A stretch of 64,000 nt of DNA from a candidate division FCPU426 bacterium (GTDB lineage Bacteria; Oederibacteriota; JAAXVQ01; JAUVAV01), in contig JBFLYH010000001.1 of the NCBI GenBank assembly GCA_040756875.1, positions 992,001 through 1,056,000 on the forward strand. Direction: 5' to 3'. The notes under the pieces are model-generated. The model was not told where the DNA came from, searched no databases, and saw nothing but the letters and a program-made list of their open reading frames with translations. Every line of letters starts with the position of its first letter. The first letter of the stretch is position 1. Shown here piece by piece: positions 10,060-21,200 of the stretch. The position numbers were made by a program, and so were the translations under genes.

Positions 10060-13000
10060 TTAGAACTGCACACTGCAATTCAGGTTGATCTCTGTGGCCG
10101 AACTATTCGGTGAAACGGTCCGGCTGTTCTGCGCTTGCAGGGAGAGTGCAAGCATTTCCAAGGGCGTATAACTCAAAACCGCCGTGTACGCTTCCTGCCA
10201 GGTTTCCAATGCCCCCCAGGATTTGGCCCATTTGGCATTGGCCTCGAGGCGAAACCGGTCCTGTCTCCAAACCGCGCCGGCGCCCGGTGCAGCAGTATGG
10301 ATGATGCCAGCTTGTCCGGAAAGATCCTCATTGCGGTTGTAGGTACCTTCCGTTGAGATGGAAAACGCCTCGGTCAATTGAAATGTTATTTTGGCCATTC
10401 CCGTGTCCTGCCTGGTTCTGATAAAACCATAACTATTCAATAAATTGTACTGATCGGTCGTCTGGCCGGTGGAAGTAATGGGGTAGGCCGTGCGGGTCAC
10501 GGACTGGGGGCTGCTGCCATGCTGGTCGCGCAGGTCCAAGGCATAGTTCCCTTCCAGTCGCAAAGTTTGGTCCAGGGAAGATCGCAGACCCATTCCAAAT
10601 GTCCGGTGACGCCCTGACAACCGGTCATCCGCATTGGCTGCGAGATTGAAGTTTAGTTTATAATATTGTTCGTAAGCAGCTGTGGCTTCTCCTGCCAGCA
10701 AATTGGACCAAGCCATCCGGCAGGCGTAGGAAGCGGCGCGCGTTTCCTGCTCGGTTTGCCGGCGCAAATCAGGGTCCGTGGAATCAGCCAGCCAATATAA
10801 ATCACGTTTCAACTCCAATTCATGCGTCAGGGGGATGACCATTGCCCATTTGGTGGCCACAAGGTCCAGACGGTTGAGATTCAACGTCCGGCCGCTGTCA
10901 GCCACCGTGGTCCAACGCAGGCTGGGCGTGGTTCGCAGGGACCAGAAAGCCCAGGGCAGAAGCTCCAGTTGACCGGCTGCGGTTTGAGTGTAAACCGCGC
11001 GGTATTCAGAACCGAGCAAACTTTGCAGCGTTTCCCAGGCGTACTTGGCGTCCAGGCGGATCGCATCCACTGGCACAGCCCGGAGTTTGGAGTCTAAGGT
11101 TTGAGTAGACCCGTACTGTTCATCCCATACCCAGCGGTTGTCTACCGTAAGACTGTAGCGCTCCCAGGGCGTCAGTGAACCCGTAGTTTGAGCTTTGGTC
11201 ACCCGGTACACTGCGGCCGTTGTCAGGCTGGACCCTTCGCTGGAAACCACCTGATGTTCCAGTGAGGCGGACAGGTTCGCCCAACGGATATTCTGGGTTC
11301 CCGCCGACAAGACCAGGCTGCGGGTAAGGGCTGACCCGCGGTCCGCGAGCTCACCCAGGCGTTGCTCCTGTTCGCCACGCACGCCCGCGTTCCAATACTC
11401 CTGGCTGACTTCCAGCACGCCGGTATGGCGGCGCGTGACGTAATTCCGCCTGAGCGGTGATAAAGCCTGGCCGCGCTCCAGCAACTGAAAATACTGATAT
11501 CCCACACCCGACCAGGGTAAAGGTCTTATGCCGGCTTTGACCAGCGCCTGCTCCGTAGTTTGACGGAAGCCCTCCAGAACTTGTTCCTTGAAATCATAGT
11601 TACCGCCGCCTGAATATGGGCCCCCGGTTTTCACATCCACCTCACCGCCGAAATTCAACAAGTCAACCCCTTCATCCAATCCCCCGATCATATGAAACCC
11701 GGGCAAGGTGCGGCGATAATACCCGTTCAAGCCGATTGGTCCCACGCTGCCTGAGAGCCTGGTCTGGCCTGCCTGACCCTGTTCCGCATCCGGCAGACGA
11801 CGGTCGCTTTGAAAACGACTTCCTGCCCACTCCGCGGACCATGTTCCGAACTCCGGCCATTCCGCCTGCAAGTCGCATCCAACCACCCAATGATTGACGG
11901 GAGTCAGCGTATTGCCGCCGGCTAGCGCAACGGTTTCCACGTTGGCCGGATCCTCCTCATGAGCCGCACTGGCGCCAAGCCTAATCCTTTCCGTCGGTTT
12001 GGCCCAGACACGGCCAGCGTATAAACTACGGCTGTATACGGTTTGCCTGGATTCATAGGTCACTTCAACTAAACTGATGTCATCCACACTACTCTTCAGA
12101 AACTTCACCTGCCCCGTATAATAATCCAACGTGTAATCCTCACCCCGCGTCAGCGGCCGTTTGTTCAAACGCACGGTCTCCGACCCAAAAACCACGGGCG
12201 CAGACCCGAGCGCATACGGCCCCTGGGTCCGGTTACCGTAAAAACGTTCATACCTGGCCACGCCCTTGGCGGCCGCAGCCATGGCCACGCCGCCCACGTT
12301 TCCGAAGTCAGCGGAAAACCGCCCGCCGGAAAGCGACCGGTCACGGAGCAAAAATTGGGTATCAGGCAGCAGGGCTGTGAAATCACCCAAGAATAACTCC
12401 ATATGATCCGTGGCCAATTTGAGCGAATAAGTGCTTTCCAGCTCCTGGTCAGACTGGTAAAAATCGCCCTCCACCTTGACCGTGTTCTCCAGCTGACCGG
12501 CCAGCTTCAAATGCAAAGACTCCTGCCGCGTGTATCCGGACGAAAAATAATACGGAGCCACTCCGCCCCGGTACTCCCGATAATTAAAATTGATATTTTT
12601 GCGTCCCGTTATCTTCAGTTCTGATCCGGCCAGGCTCGCACCCTGGGCCTCGACCCAAGGAACCCGCACTTCGCTTTCGGCTGCCGGGGTCACCGGCCAG
12701 GCGGCACCCGGAGCAGACGCAGGTCCTGCGGCTTTACCGGTTTCCGTCGGCGGCTCCAAGGCCACGACCTGCGCGCCCGCTTCCGTTTCTTCCCGCAAAG
12801 CCTGGAGTTCGGAAATGTCGCGGACTGATTTAACCTTTTCAAGCACTTCCAGACCGGGAATGATGATGGTGTCACCGGGAAAGATCAAATTAGGATCGCC
12901 GAAGTAATTGTATTTAAGCAGTTCAGGCCAGAGAAAAGGATTTTTCAAAACCCATTTGGAAATGTCCCACAGGGTATCGCCAGGCCTGACCGTGTATGAG

Positions 13001-13167
13001 AAGAGGATTTTTTCCCGGGTTTGCGCCACGGGCGTGGTGCCAACGGGTTCCAGCAGCATGGGATCACCGGGCAGCGCTTTAGCAAAAGCCGGCGCGAAAA
13101 GAAAAAGGCAAACCATCAAAGACGCATAGAACGTTAAAATTGTCTTAATAAATATTTTTTTGACCAT
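10060..13167 (-). CDS. Secreted LysM-domain protein with a SprA-like outer-membrane beta-barrel
   Basis: Signal peptide from ATG 13167; LysM domain (YTVRPGDTLWDIS...NPFLWPEL...PNLIFPGD); 'GSETVRLNKRPLTRGEDYTLDYYTGQVKF' resembles a conserved SprA/Sov motif; many amphipathic beta-strands; C-terminal Phe. Confidence 0.65.
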   Translation of the reverse strand: MVKKIFIKTILTFYASLMVCLFLFAPAFAKALPGDPMLLEPVGTTPVAQTREKILFSYTVRPGDTLWDISKWVLKNPFLWPELLKYNYFGDPNLIFPGDTIIIPGLEVLEKVKSVRDISELQALREETEAGAQVVALEPPTETGKAAGPASAPGAAWPVTPAAESEVRVPWVEAQGASLAGSELKITGRKNINFNYREYRGGVAPYYFSSGYTRQESLHLKLAGQLENTVKVEGDFYQSDQELESTYSLKLATDHMELFLGDFTALLPDTQFLLRDRSLSGGRFSADFGNVGGVAMAAAAKGVARYERFYGNRTQGPYALGSAPVVFGSETVRLNKRPLTRGEDYTLDYYTGQVKFLKSSVDDISLVEVTYESRQTVYSRSLYAGRVWAKPTERIRLGASAAHEEDPANVETVALAGGNTLTPVNHWVVGCDLQAEWPEFGTWSAEWAGSRFQSDRRLPDAEQGQAGQTRLSGSVGPIGLNGYYRRTLPGFHMIGGLDEGVDLLNFGGEVDVKTGGPYSGGGNYDFKEQVLEGFRQTTEQALVKAGIRPLPWSGVGYQYFQLLERGQALSPLRRNYVTRRHTGVLEVSQEYWNAGVRGEQEQRLGELADRGSALTRSLVLSAGTQNIRWANLSASLEHQVVSSEGSSLTTAAVYRVTKAQTTGSLTPWERYSLTVDNRWVWDEQYGSTQTLDSKLRAVPVDAIRLDAKYAWETLQSLLGSEYRAVYTQTAAGQLELLPWAFWSLRTTPSLRWTTVADSGRTLNLNRLDLVATKWAMVIPLTHELELKRDLYWLADSTDPDLRRQTEQETRAASYACRMAWSNLLAGEATAAYEQYYKLNFNLAANADDRLSGRHRTFGMGLRSSLDQTLRLEGNYALDLRDQHGSSPQSVTRTAYPITSTGQTTDQYNLLNSYGFIRTRQDTGMAKITFQLTEAFSISTEGTYNRNEDLSGQAGIIHTAAPGAGAVWRQDRFRLEANAKWAKSWGALETWQEAYTAVLSYTPLEMLALSLQAQNSRTVSPNSSATEINLNCSVQF

Positions 13168-13208
13168 CGCTCGCTCTTGATATTCTATGGTTGATCTCAA
13201 TGCATCCT

Positions 13209-14147
13209 TTATAGTCTTATCTTGTACTTCAGCAGGCGGCTGTTTCCTGTGTCTGCGACCCATAGATTCCCGTCCGCATCCGCAGCCACGCCCATCGGCC
13301 CTCTCATTTCCGGTTCCCGCACTTCCCTCACCCAGCGGCCGTCCGCCGCAAATACCGCCACCCGGTCATGGCCAGTATCCGCCACGAAAACGAGCCCGCT
13401 GGCCATAGTCATGGCTTGCGGTTCCTGCAACTCACACTTCGGATCGTCGGTTTGGCCGAAACTGCCGAGATAATCTCCCTGATCATTGTAATGCTGGATG
13501 CGGTGGTTGCCCGCTTCCAGCACGAACAGATGTGTGGGCGTGTCCATGCAAACAGCCGCAGGCCGGCGCATAAAGCCAAAGGAAGTTCCAAAAGCGCTGT
13601 AATTCATTTGCCAAAATCCATACCGGTCTAATCTCTGCACCCGGTCGTTTTCCGAGTCAGCCACATACAGATAACCCCAGGAATCCCACGCCAACCCGGC
13701 AGGCCGGTTGAATTGTCCAATGCCGCTGCCTTGAGTTCCAAAACAGCGCAGAAAAGCACCTTGAGTATTGAACACCTGAATACGGTGGTTTAATTGATCG
13801 GACACGGCCAGTACCTGACCGTCACAGGCCAGGGCTACGGGTTCATTAAACTCGCCCGCGCCCATTCCAAACCGCCCGAATTGGAAAAGGTAATCACCGG
13901 CAGTGTTGAAAACCTGGATGCGCTGGTTTCCCGTGTCAGCCACATACAGACGGCCTCCAGTCTCCGGCGACAAGGCCAAGCCGGTAGGCTGCAAAAAGTG
14001 CCCTGGCCCGCTTCCCGCCCGGCCGATGCTCGTAATAAATTCGACGCCGATTTCCGCCAGTGGTAGTGTGCTTTTCCCCGGTTTGCCCTCCAGTTGGGCG
14101 CAACCGCAGATACAAAGAAGCGCTATGAGAACGAACTGTGATTTCAT
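13209..14147 (-). CDS. NHL-repeat beta-propeller lipoprotein
   Basis: Lipobox-like ICGC; six NHL repeats (P.GLA...YVADTGN.RIQ.F). Confidence 0.85.
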   Translation of the reverse strand: MKSQFVLIALLCICGCAQLEGKPGKSTLPLAEIGVEFITSIGRAGSGPGHFLQPTGLALSPETGGRLYVADTGNQRIQVFNTAGDYLFQFGRFGMGAGEFNEPVALACDGQVLAVSDQLNHRIQVFNTQGAFLRCFGTQGSGIGQFNRPAGLAWDSWGYLYVADSENDRVQRLDRYGFWQMNYSAFGTSFGFMRRPAAVCMDTPTHLFVLEAGNHRIQHYNDQGDYLGSFGQTDDPKCELQEPQAMTMASGLVFVADTGHDRVAVFAADGRWVREVREPEMRGPMGVAADADGNLWVADTGNSRLLKYKIRL

Positions 14148-14169
14148 CGTTCCATCCAGCCTTAAGGAT

Positions 14170-14263
14170 TCCCCTCCCCCTTGAGGGGGAGGAGTGGGGA
14201 GAGGGTGAAATAAAGAAGCAGGTTACACCCTCCCCTTCATCCCCTCCCCTCAAGGGAGGGGGA
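14170..14263. repeat. Intergenic REP-like inverted doublet (REPIN-like)
   Basis: TCCCCTCCCCCTTGAGGGGGAGGAGTGGGGAGAGGGTG ... CACCCTCCCCTTCATCCCCTCCCCTCAAGGGAGGGGGA: two hairpin units in inverted orientation. Confidence 0.85.
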
Positions 14264-14272
14264 TATTGTTTT

Positions 14273-15241
14273 TTAAAACTCTACTTTCACGGTGATCCTG
14301 TTCGCGTCGTACAGCACGCCGCCTAAAATAGCTGCATAGTCCACGGTCACTGCCTCCCATGTGAAGCTCGCTCCAAGATTCGCATGATCCGCGTCCCAGC
14401 CGGCGCGCAAGGTCAAAGGGCCATAGATGGTATATTCAGCGCCCAAGCGTCCGCGCAAACGGTCGCTTTGATCCAGCCGTCGGGAAACCCCTCCGCCAAT
14501 TCGCAGCGGCAGCTCAGGAGGCTGCCAAGCGCAGCCGAGAGACACAAGCGGCCTGCCTGTTTCCTCAGCATAGGGCTTCCGCCAAGCATGCCATCCTCCG
14601 CTTACCTGCCGGGCCGAAGCGGCGACCGCCAGCTCGGGCAAAACCTGCCACCTCAGGCCAACAACTCCATCCCAACCCCAGGCAAAATCCTCGCCCAGGT
14701 GCAGATAAATCACCTGTGCCTCCGCGCCAACGCTCATTCCGCCTTCTAAAGGCGCGCCCCATGCTAATCCCCAGGCCGAGTCCACCCGGGTATCGTACTT
14801 AAGCTCCCAGGCCTGCTGGTTGGTTAAAGGATCAATGACCGGGGTGCCGTCAGGATTGAATAAAAGACGCTGATAGGTCTGGTTTTGGGTGATCAGCTGG
14901 TCGAACCGCACACCCAGCCCACCCCCGAAAAGAGGAGACGTGAAAAGGATTTGATAGGCATAGGCATCGTAACGAAGCCTGGCCTGGCTGAGCAGGAGGG
15001 AGCATTCGCGCGCTTGGGCTGAGGAAGTATTGCCCTCAATTTGAACTGGAGAGGAAGTCCGGAGCAACCCTAAGGCCGCGGGATTTCGGGAAGAAGGATA
15101 CTCCTCCCATGCTTCAGTAGCTGCACCGGCGCCCAGTGATTGGGCGTGAATGTTCAAGGAAGTCACTTCCAGATCAGCGGCAAAACCAGAACCTGCAAAG
15201 GAAAGAATCGCAATCAGCGGAAAGAGCAAGCGCTTGGGCAT
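14273..15241 (-). CDS. PorV/PorQ-family outer-membrane beta-barrel
   Basis: Signal peptide; N-terminal 'LNIHAQSLGAGAA...RNPAALG' matches the PorV/FadL-type (ARALGMG...NPAGL) motif; C-terminal 'LTLRAG...GASF...VDYA' strands ending in F; starts 12 nt after the giant gene's stop. Confidence 0.7.
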   Translation of the reverse strand: MPKRLLFPLIAILSFAGSGFAADLEVTSLNIHAQSLGAGAATEAWEEYPSSRNPAALGLLRTSSPVQIEGNTSSAQARECSLLLSQARLRYDAYAYQILFTSPLFGGGLGVRFDQLITQNQTYQRLLFNPDGTPVIDPLTNQQAWELKYDTRVDSAWGLAWGAPLEGGMSVGAEAQVIYLHLGEDFAWGWDGVVGLRWQVLPELAVAASARQVSGGWHAWRKPYAEETGRPLVSLGCAWQPPELPLRIGGGVSRRLDQSDRLRGRLGAEYTIYGPLTLRAGWDADHANLGASFTWEAVTVDYAAILGGVLYDANRITVKVEF

Positions 15242-15253
15242 GGAGTTATTCTA

Positions 15254-18200
15254 CTATTTATATATCTCTTTGATAATCTCTATATTCCTCTCCTCCGTTT
15301 GGCCCAATACCTCGGCACTGATGGCACAATTATATTTGTATGACCGCCAATGGCAGGCGCCGGTTACGTCGTCGCCCAGATCTTCATGCCCGTCCCACTC
15401 CACCTGGTTATGGCCTGCCTGGCCGTTGGGCGCGCCAGGCGCGAATGGCCCGAACACCATCACTACCTTGCCCGTGGTTTTCGAACGGATTGTGATCACC
15501 ACCTTGGCATCCAGGTTTATGGTGTAATGGATCCAAGTGGTTTGTCCTTCCTCAGGCCGGAACGGGTTGGGTGCGGCATAGCAATCGTGCAATTCCAGGT
15601 CCGGCGTAACGGTCGGCGAGACAGTCGGCGTAAACGTCTTGGTCGGCACCGGCGTCTTAGTCGGCTCGGGCGTGGGCGTCCACACCGGCGTAATCACGCC
15701 CGTGGGCGATGGGATGGGTGTGGGCAGTTCCGCGCCTTTGGGCAATATGGTCACCAGAGCGGTGCTGGCCGCATGCTCCTGGCCAGCAGAGGCTTCTGCC
15801 CGGATGGTATACATACCCGGCTCAACGATGTGTCCGAAGTTATTCCTTCCATCCCAAAGAACGAATTGCAACTCGCCTGCTCTGCTGATCTCTTGTTCAC
15901 TATAACCTTTAACCATGCCGCCGAACCGGTCCAGAATGGCCAAGCTTACCATAGCGGGTTTGGTGACGAAGTAGCTGATGCTGGTTTTCTGTCCCTCTTT
16001 CGGAATAAAGACCGCTGGTTGGGAGTTGAGCGCCAGCACTTCCAGCCTGGCAGCCGGCGTGGCCGTGGGACCCGGCGTGGGCGCAGCTTCAGCCAGATCC
16101 AGGCGGAACTTCTGCACGCGATGGTTGCCCGTGTCAACGACATAGGCGTAATGTTCCGCCGGGGCATTCAATTGAACATCCCGACCTTCTTTAAACGTCA
16201 CTCCATGCGGCCGGTCGAACTTGCCATGCACGCTCCCGAAGCCGCCGAATGCGCCGATCAGGTTGCCATAGGGACCGAATTCCTGAATCCGGTGGTTTTC
16301 CAAATCAGATATCCAAACATTGCCCAACGGCCCGATCTTGACATTTTGCGGTTCGTACTTGTTCTGCGTACCTTTATAGGAATACAACGGATTACCCTGG
16401 GCGTCCAATTTTTCCACTTTATTCGCCACTTGGTGCACGCGATCCAGCACGCGCGCATCATTCAAGCCCAGGTAATAGGCTTCCTCGGTCAGGGCCCGGC
16501 CCGCGGCCAGGTCGGTGTAATGGGCCAGCGGATCGTAGCAAGCCGCGCTGACGCCGTCGGGCCAGTCCTTGATTGGGCGCAGGGCATCCGCGTCATCCAC
16601 ATAGAACACTTTACCGTTGCCGTCGAGGATATATCCGACATTGTCGTTGCTTAAGCAAACAGATACGGGCCATTGTAAGACATCCCCCGCAGCCGCATAT
16701 TCCCGGATATAATTCCCTTGCAGATCCAGCACTTGCACGCGTTTATTCTGATAATCCGTGACATACAATTCGTTTTCCCCCTCACCCTCCCCTCTCCCTC
16801 CTGGGGAGAGGGATAAGGTATGGAAGGGTTTCGATACATCGATATTGGTGGGCAATTTGAATTCGCCCGGCCGCGTGCCTTTGGCACCGATGGTTTGCAG
16901 ATACTGATCCCCGGCATCGAACTTTTGCACGCGGTTATTCTTGCTGTCGCTCACGTACAGGCAGCTGGTTCCATCCACTTCCGCATCCCACGGCTCGTTG
17001 AACTGCTGGTTGGAACAACCTTTCACGCCTGTGCCGATCTGTCCCAGGAAAGTCCAGTCGCCCACGCGCACGCGGACACTGTGCGTCATGATTGTAGGGG
17101 CGTTCAATTGAACGCCCCTACAGGTCACGGTCAGCACTAATTCATACAACCCCTGTTCCAACCCACAGGTATTCCACGCGCCCAGCAGTCCGATGACCAC
17201 CGGGTGGTCGCCCTGTGCAATGGTCACCAATGCCCCGCCCGCAGCCGGCCGGTATGCCAGTACATAACCCTGGAAATCCTTCTTCTTGGCGGCGGTGGCG
17301 ATCCCTACCACGTGCACATAACCGTTGACCAAACTGCCTTCGCACGGTGAGAGGATCAGGCAGCCATTGCCGCCGATGGGCGTGGCTGTGGCCGAAGCCG
17401 TAGAAGTGGCGGTCACCGTAACCGTGGCTGTGGGGGTAGCGGTCGCAGTCATGGTCACCGTGGATGTAGCAGTGGAAGTGGCCGTACTCGAAGCAGTCGC
17501 CGTGCCAGTGGCTGTGGGCGAGAAGGTGGCTGTCCCGGTATGAGTGGATGTGGCGGTTGACGTATCTGTCGTCGTGCCTGTGGCCGTGGCGCTCGGCGTG
17601 GCGGTGAAAGTCGGCGTGGGAGTATCCGTTTCCGTAGGCGACGCGGTCGGCGTATCGCTGTCCGTGGCAGTCGGTGAAGCTGTGGCCGTCGCAGTGTCCG
17701 AGGCTGTAGGCGAAGCGGTCGGAGTGGCGGTATCGGTGGGTGATGCAGTCGGCGTGGCGGTATCGGTCGGCGTGGCTGTAGCCGTAGGCGTTTGTGTGCT
17801 GGTGGCAGTCCAAGTGGCGGTCGGGGTCGGCGTGGCCGTGGGTTCCAGAACCCGCACATTCAAGGACGCCACGTTGCTGCTGTTGCCCACGTTGTCCACG
17901 GCATAATACTCCAGCGAGTGTTCGCCCACTACCAGGGAGAAGGGCTGAGGATTAAAGGTCCAAACGCCTTGATCAATGGACAGGGCCGTGGCTGACAGGC
18001 CAGAGTAATTGTCAGAAGCAGCGAGCGCCAGGACCCGGTCAGGCGAGGTTTCATGTCCTTGGACTATTGGCATGCCGTCCTGCTCCATCCAGGCCGCAGG
18101 TGCCGTGTTGTCCGACCTGAACAGACGCGTGCGCAGGGGCATGGTATTGCCCCCTGCGTCCACGCTCATGAAGTCCGCGGCGTATTCGCCGTCCTGCCAG

Positions 18201-21200
18201 TAGGCGAAATGCGTGGTGCCTTCGGCATCCACCCAAACGTCGAGGAGGTAGAACGGCCCGCCGTTGTACTCCCGGAGCCCGTTCAACGGAGTCACCGGGT
18301 CAGCCGCCCTGCGGACCTGATAAACTGTGCGGGCCACGCCCGAAGACATGTTGTTCACCACCGGATCATAGCGGTCCAGCCAGGGATGAGTGCCGAAACG
18401 CGAATAGTGATTGCCTGCAGTGTCAGTGTAAGGCGACTGGCTGTAATTGATCTCCACCTCGGGCGGAGTCAGGTCCACGCTGATTTCCACGGGATTCACG
18501 GCCGCCGCATTGCCAGCCTGGTCTTGCATGCCCAGGTAGAGGTGGTAAATGCCGTCATTCACCCGGTTCGAGTCGTCTTTCAGGCCATTCCATATATATT
18601 GCGTGTCATACGGCAGCACTGCATGATTTTCACCCAAAGTCCGCATGATATGGTCCGCAGCATCGCGCACCTGGACCGAATAAGTCACATAGACCGGGAA
18701 ATTATCCGACAGATTCAAGGTGATTTGTGTGCTGTCCAGCATGCCGTCCGAATTGGGCGAAATCAGGTCCGGAATTGCGGTTCCAACAGCCTGCGGAGCC
18801 GCGGTATCCACATAAACAGGTTTCTCAACCACAGCCGGATTGTTGGCAGCATCCCAAGCAGTCAGTTTGATCCGGTATTCTCCGTCAAGCGCAAGAGTTC
18901 CCTGGCTATCTTTACCATCCCAGGCTGCGGAATGGATTTGTCCGGCATCCTCTATCCCATTAACCAGGACAACCGCTGCATCCGGGCCAATGATTTCCAA
19001 GCGAGTCCGCACCTGGGTTGCGGCTCCATCCTCGACCTGGTAGGTCAACTGCGTTTCATCCTGCACACCGTCGTTATTGGGTGAGATCCAGGCAGGTTCA
19101 ACTTGCAGACTGGTGATGATCGGGGGTGTAATATCATCGGAAACCGTCACTTGCCCGACTGCCGGCGCGCCCAAGTTGCCGGCCAAGTCAATGGCAGATA
19201 GGAAATACGCATAAATACCTGCCGGCATAATATCGCCTGATGTATTTTTCCCGTCCCATGTAAAGAAGTTGTCATTCCCGGGCGATGTCATCGGGAATCC
19301 AGAGGTTTGGCTTTGCAGGGTATTGCCTAATGCGTCCAGCACACACAAGGATACCTGGCAGGCCTCGTTCAATCCGAACCTAATCCGCGTAATCTGGTTA
19401 TTCGAAGAAGCCGGGCTGAATGGATTAGGATCAGCCCCCAAGTCCGTCAATATGGGCGGAGTGTGGTCAAACACGATTTGCATGGAAGTCGTGTTGGCAT
19501 TCCCGGCCAAATCCTCGACATACAGGCTGGCTACTGCGCTGCCAATCATCAGGGAAGCATCCCACATGCCCAACACCCCATTGACTATACGCCCATTACC
19601 TTCCTGCGTATACTTCGTACCTTCGTGGTCAAGTTCCAGTTTATAGATCTTGAAATTGGCGTCATCTGCCGTGCCCATGATCGACAGGGATTGTCCAACC
19701 GGCGTATCCGGGCCAGGCGATACGATAATCGCCTGCGGCACCGTGTTATCCAATGTCATCCCAATGGTTTGGCTAGCTTCGTGTCCCAATAAATCCTCAT
19801 GCCGCAAGGCGAGCTGATAAGCACCGTCCATGTGTGAAGTAGTATCCAGACGGCAGACGTGGGAATGGTCAAGCGGCCTGGCGGTAATACTCAGTTCCAC
19901 GGGCGAACCCGAAGGCGGCAGGAGGGTCAGGGTGCTCAAGCCCGGATGCGCTTCAGTCACAGTGCCGAACACATCCGCCTGGCCATGCAGGTAGGACTGG
20001 TCCAGGGGCGAGTCAATCGCAACCAATGGCGCCTCGTTATCGATCTCCACGGTGACTTCATCGCTGGTTTCATTGCCTGCCTGGTCATAGGCGTTTAGTT
20101 TTAATATATATAGGTAGGCGCCGCCTGCGCCGCTTCCCCCTTCAGAAGCCAGGAGTATTTGGGTGGTATCCCAGGCATGGATCACGGCATTGCTCACAGG
20201 AGCGCTCAGCGCATTGGCAGTCAGGGTCTTCCAATCCGCCTGGGCGGCATTCAAATCCAGATATTTCAACAAATAGTGGTCCAGATCATCGCCTGTGATT
20301 GTAGCCCGCACATCCACGGTCCCGTGCAGCAGCGGATTGGCGCCCAGGTCATCGTCCGGAGCGCGCGGCGATTCGATCCTGACCAGCCCGGGCCCCTGCC
20401 GGTCGATCAGAATATTCCAGGCATGCGCATAGCTGGAATTCCCTGCCGAATCAAACACAACCAATTCAATATTGTAAATCCCGTCCTCTTCCTTGCTTGT
20501 ATCCCATTCGCATAGTGTGCCGGCTATTATTGCTTTGGTCCCAATCTTCTTCGTGTTCTTTGTGCCTTCGTGGTAAAGGTTGATCTTATACTCTTTAAAA
20601 TACGGGTCATCCGCTATGCCGACAATTTCCACCAAGCCGTTTACAGCTGCATTATCGGTTGGCGAGTCTATTACAGCCAAGGGAGCGGCATTATCCAGCA
20701 CTACTTTGCGTTTGATCACAGTCTGATTGCCGGCCTGATCACGGGCAATAATACGCAGGGTATATTCGCCCTGGAGGGGTTTGGTGTCCCAAACATGAAT
20801 GACTGCCTGGGGCACGTTGGCCGTGCCAGAAGCCAGTTCCGACCAGTTCATGGGCGCGTAGCTTTCGCCGTATTGCAGGGACCATGTGGCCAAGTGCGGA
20901 TCGTCTATCAACGCCTCCACCTGAATGTTTCCGCCCACAATGACCTCATCCGGCGCAGGCGACATGATCGCCACATTGGGCGCCTGGTTGTCCACCGAGA
21001 CGCTCTTAAAATCCAAGCCCACATTGCCGGCAGCATCCATTACCCATAAAGCCAGGATATAATCGCCCTGCAGGCCCTGGCTGTTGAACCAACCCAAATG
21101 CTCCTGGGTTTTGGAGGTGTTGCTGCTCAGCAACAGGATGGGATTGGACATATCGTCAGCCGGGAAGTAGAACAATCTGTATTGGAGGAAGTTTTTGTCC

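Noticed and set aside
17378-17842. Thr/Pro-rich repeats as a DNA-level VNTR or contingency locus
   Set aside because: Codons vary between units, so the repeat is at the protein level (a typical linker), not a perfect nucleotide tandem repeat.
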